From Mustelus asterias (Eukaryota), in assembly GCF_964213995.1 (NCBI RefSeq), contig NC_135810.1, forward strand, positions 21,142,001 to 21,206,000: 64,000 bases of DNA, read 5' to 3'. The notes under the pieces were generated by a model, which was not told where the DNA came from, did no database searches, and saw only the letters and a program-made list of their open reading frames with translations. Both the position numbers and the translations under genes were made by a program. This document shows positions 60,904 to 64,000 of the stretch, piece by piece (within the stretch, counting starts at the first letter, position 1; the number at the start of each line of letters is the position of its first letter).

Positions 60904-61171
60904 TAGATCTGTAACCATGGAGCGGACATTTTGAAGCACTGTGAATACATTTCTATTACACACGTATAAACTGGTGTATTACCGACAAGGTGCTCTGAGA
61001 TATTCAAGTACAACAGTTATGGCACGGAAGGAGGCCATTCAGCCTCCTTGTTTGAGGGATCCCTCTCTACAAGACCACATCAGCTAATCCCACTCCTCTG
61101 CCCTTTGCCTGCAATTCAGCATTTCTTTTCTTTTCCCTTCAGCTGCTTATTCAATGATTAGTTTTGGGAGT

Positions 61172-61455
61172 CTAAAAGGTGAGAGGGGAAAGACATAAAA
61201 GGCAACAGAGGAGCAACTTTTTCACACAGAGGGTGGTGCGTATATGGAATGAGCTGCCAGAGGAGATGGTAGAGGTGGGTACAATTACAACATTTAAAAT
61301 ACATTTGGATAGGTACATGATTGAGAAATGTTTAGAGGGATATGGGCCAAACGCAAGCAAATGGGACTTGTTCAGTTTAGGAAACCTGGTCGGCATGGAC
61401 GAGTTGGGCCAAAAGGCCTATTTCTGTGCTGTATATCTCTATGACTCTGTGACTT
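61172..61455 (+). mobile_element. CR1 LINE 3' end
   Basis: NFFTQRVVRIWNELPEEMVEVGTITTFKIHLDRYM...GYGPNASKWD plus 3' UTR and tail. Confidence 0.85.
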
Positions 61456-61522
61456 TTTGAAAGCTCTGGTTAAATCTATTTCCACCACACCCTCATACAG
61501 TGCATTCGAGATCCTAACCACT

Positions 61523-64000
61523 TGTGGTGAACCATTGTTGGTTACCACCAGGTAGTGCTGAGCCATGGTCTGGCCAGTACTATGAGTCTGTAGATATGTT
61601 ACTGTTGGGGTTAGGGTTGGGCTGTTCTACCTGTTAATATAGTCCTTATGGTACACCCCAGTCGGCTCCGCCTCCTGGGAGAGGTATAAAGGTCACTGCT
61701 CTGCCTGGTGACCCTGGTGAAGTGTTTCCAAGATTACCTCGACGCCTCCACAGCGGTCACCGACGACGCCGACAGACTCCGGGTCCTCCACGCGAGGGTA
61801 AGCGACGCTGTATACCTAGCGATCCGTGGGGCCACCGACTACAAAGGGGCCCTCGAGCTTCTCAAGAAGCGATACAACAAACCGCCGAATGAGATGCATG
61901 CTCGACACCTTCTAGCCACTCGACAGCGGCAGCCCGGCGAAACGACGGAACAGTACGCGTGCGAGCTTCAACAGCTAGCCAGAGCCTGCAACTGCAAGTC
62001 AGTGTCGGCAGACCAGTACATGAACGACCTAGCTCGAGATGCATTCGTGGCGGGAATTGGCTCGTCGTACATCTGCCTTCGGCTGTTGGAGCAAGGTAAC
62101 CTCGATCTCACTAAATCCATAGAGTTAGCTGACGCTCTAGAAACGGTCTCCAAAGGTCTGGCGATGTACCCCGACGACCACGTGGAGACAGTGTGGCAGG
62201 GGCAGTCGCAGACTCCACTTCATTCAGCGGGACCGAAAAACTGCGCGATTGCGTTCCCAGCCTCGGACCTGATGACGGCAGCAGCTCCAGGTGGCCCGCG
62301 GTGTTACTTCTGTGGCGGGGTGAAACACCCTCGGCAGCGATGTCCAGCTAAAGCGGTGTTGTGCTCCGCCTGCGGCAAGAAGGGGCACTATTCCAAGGTA
62401 TGCCGCTCCAAACTTCCATCCAAGAACAGCAGTGCGGCGTGTGACTCCCCGGAGCCGGCCTCCTTGTCTTCTGCATCTTCAAGGTCTTCTACCACGTGCG
62501 ATTCCAGGACGTCGCCATTCCGAACGAGGGAGTCGCAAGACACGTGCGACCTGCAGGGGCCGCAGGTTTTGGTGCCATCGTCCACGTGCGGCCTATGGGG
62601 GCAGCCATTTTGGTCGGCACCGACCGCGAATGACCAGCAGGGGTCGTCATCAACCATCTCAGCTGCCTGCAGTTGCGCCCACGAACCAACGGTGGCATCG
62701 ATCATCCTGGACCAAGCCAAGCCTCACAGGCTCGACAAGTCCATGATGGACATACAGGTAAACAAACGCCCGATTTATTGTTTGTTTGACAGCGGGAGCA
62801 CGGAGAGCTTCATTCACCCAGACACCGTGAAGCGGTGTGGTCTCCAGATTCGGACTGTCAAGCAGACAATTTTGATGGCGTCAAGGTCCCAGTCTGTCAC
62901 CATGCTAGGGAGTTGCGTGGTCAATCTGACGGTGCAGGGCACGGTTTACGAGAACTTCAAGCTCCTTGTGTTACCGCACCTTTGCGCGCCAATACTCCTA
63001 GGACTAGATTTTATGGTCCACCTGAAGAGTGTAACCCTGCAGTACGATGGGCCACTCCCTCCGCTTTCAGTGGGAGATCCGCAGCCTCTAAATTGCCCAA
63101 CGCGCTCCACATGTAGTCTCTCAACGCTTAGGATTACCACACCCTCCCTATTCCAGAATCTCGTGCCAGGCTGCAAGCCCATCGCAACAAAGAGCAGGCG
63201 TTACAGCGCTGAGGATCGGATCTTCAGTTGATCTGAAGTTCAGCGGCTCCTCAAGGAAGGGATCATCCAACGTAGCGCTAGTCCTTGGAGAGCGCAAGTC
63301 GTGGTGGTTAAGAATGGGAACAAACCCCGGATGGTCATAGACTATAGTCAGACCATTAACAGATACACGCAGCTGAATGCGTATCCCCTCCCGCGCAAAT
63401 CTGGCATGGTCAATCAGATTGCGCAGTACTGGGTGTTCTCCACCATCGACTTAAAATCTGCTTACCACCAGCTCCCCATTCACCCAGAGGACCGACAATA
63501 CACAGCCTTTGAGGCGGATGGTCGCCTGTACCATTTTTTAAGGGTTCCTTTTGGTGTCACGAATGGGGTCTCGTTCTTCCAGCGTGCTATGGACCGAATG
63601 GTGGACCAGAACGGACTGCGGGCTACCTTCCCGTACCTGGATAACGTCACCATCTGCGGCCATGACCAGCAGGACCACGATGCCAACCTTCTTAGATTCT
63701 TACGCACTGCATCTCGCCTGAATCTGACCGACAACAGGGAGAAGTGTGTATTTCGCACGCGGCGCCTAGCTATCCTCGGATACGTGGTGGAAAACGGGGT
63801 CCTTGGCCCTGATCCAGACCGTATGCGTCCTCTCCTCGAACTTCCCCTGCCCACTAGCGTTAAAGCACTGAGAAGATGCTTAGGCTTCTTCTCTTACTAC
63901 GCACAGTGGGTTCCCAATTACGCGGACAAAGCCCGTCCGCTCATCAAGTCTACCTCTTTTCCCCTAGCACCAGAGGCTCGCTTAGCCTTTGCAAGAATAA
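61523..64000 (+). mobile_element. Second Ty3/Gypsy copy of the same clade, with internal 5' deletion; runs off the window
   Basis: LTR start TGTGGTGAACCATTGTTGGTTACCAC nearly identical to the start of the first element's LTR. U3 and TATA are fused directly to gag near 61715. Confidence 0.93.
61717..64000 (+). pseudogene. gag-pol (Gag, PR, RT) lacking its start, with an in-frame TGA at 63229-63231
   Basis: Homologous to the 892-aa ORF (twin CCHC, LFDSGS). After TGA (Arg in the first copy) the frame continues through IDLKSAYHQ, VPFG and YLDN to the window end. Confidence 0.9.

Noticed and set aside
63229-63231. Stop-codon readthrough between protease and RT
   Set aside because: The first copy has Arg at this position, so a point mutation to TGA is the simpler explanation.
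1-64000. CRISPR arrays, rRNA, prokaryotic operons or defence systems
   Set aside because: The DNA is vertebrate, and there are no regularly spaced repeat-spacer arrays or rRNA-like sequence.

Overview
This is repeat-dense vertebrate genomic DNA, most likely from a shark: HE1-type V-SINEs, HER1/CR1 LINEs and shark-style Penelope ends dominate. I could not identify any host protein-coding gene, and nearly all short ORFs in the track are SINE or low-complexity artefacts. The window holds about 25 tRNA-headed V-SINE copies or fragments in two tail variants, a 5'-truncated CR1 LINE (17.9-20.7 kb) plus many LINE fragments, Penelope-like elements with hammerhead-ribozyme motifs, and Harbinger transposase fossils with related MITEs. 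It also holds several solo or orphan LTRs, a decayed Gypsy with a tRNA-Ser PBS, and two related Ty3/Gypsy elements. The most notable feature is the young, nearly intact Gypsy at 48062-52736 (297-bp LTRs differing at 4 sites, GGTAC TSD). It has no tRNA primer-binding site. Instead, a perfect 15-nt complement to its own LTR poly(A)-signal segment sits at the PBS position, suggesting self-priming. Its RT active site reads YLDN instead of YxDD, as does that of the second copy. Family names come from motif recognition, not database searches, and boundaries of old repeats are approximate.
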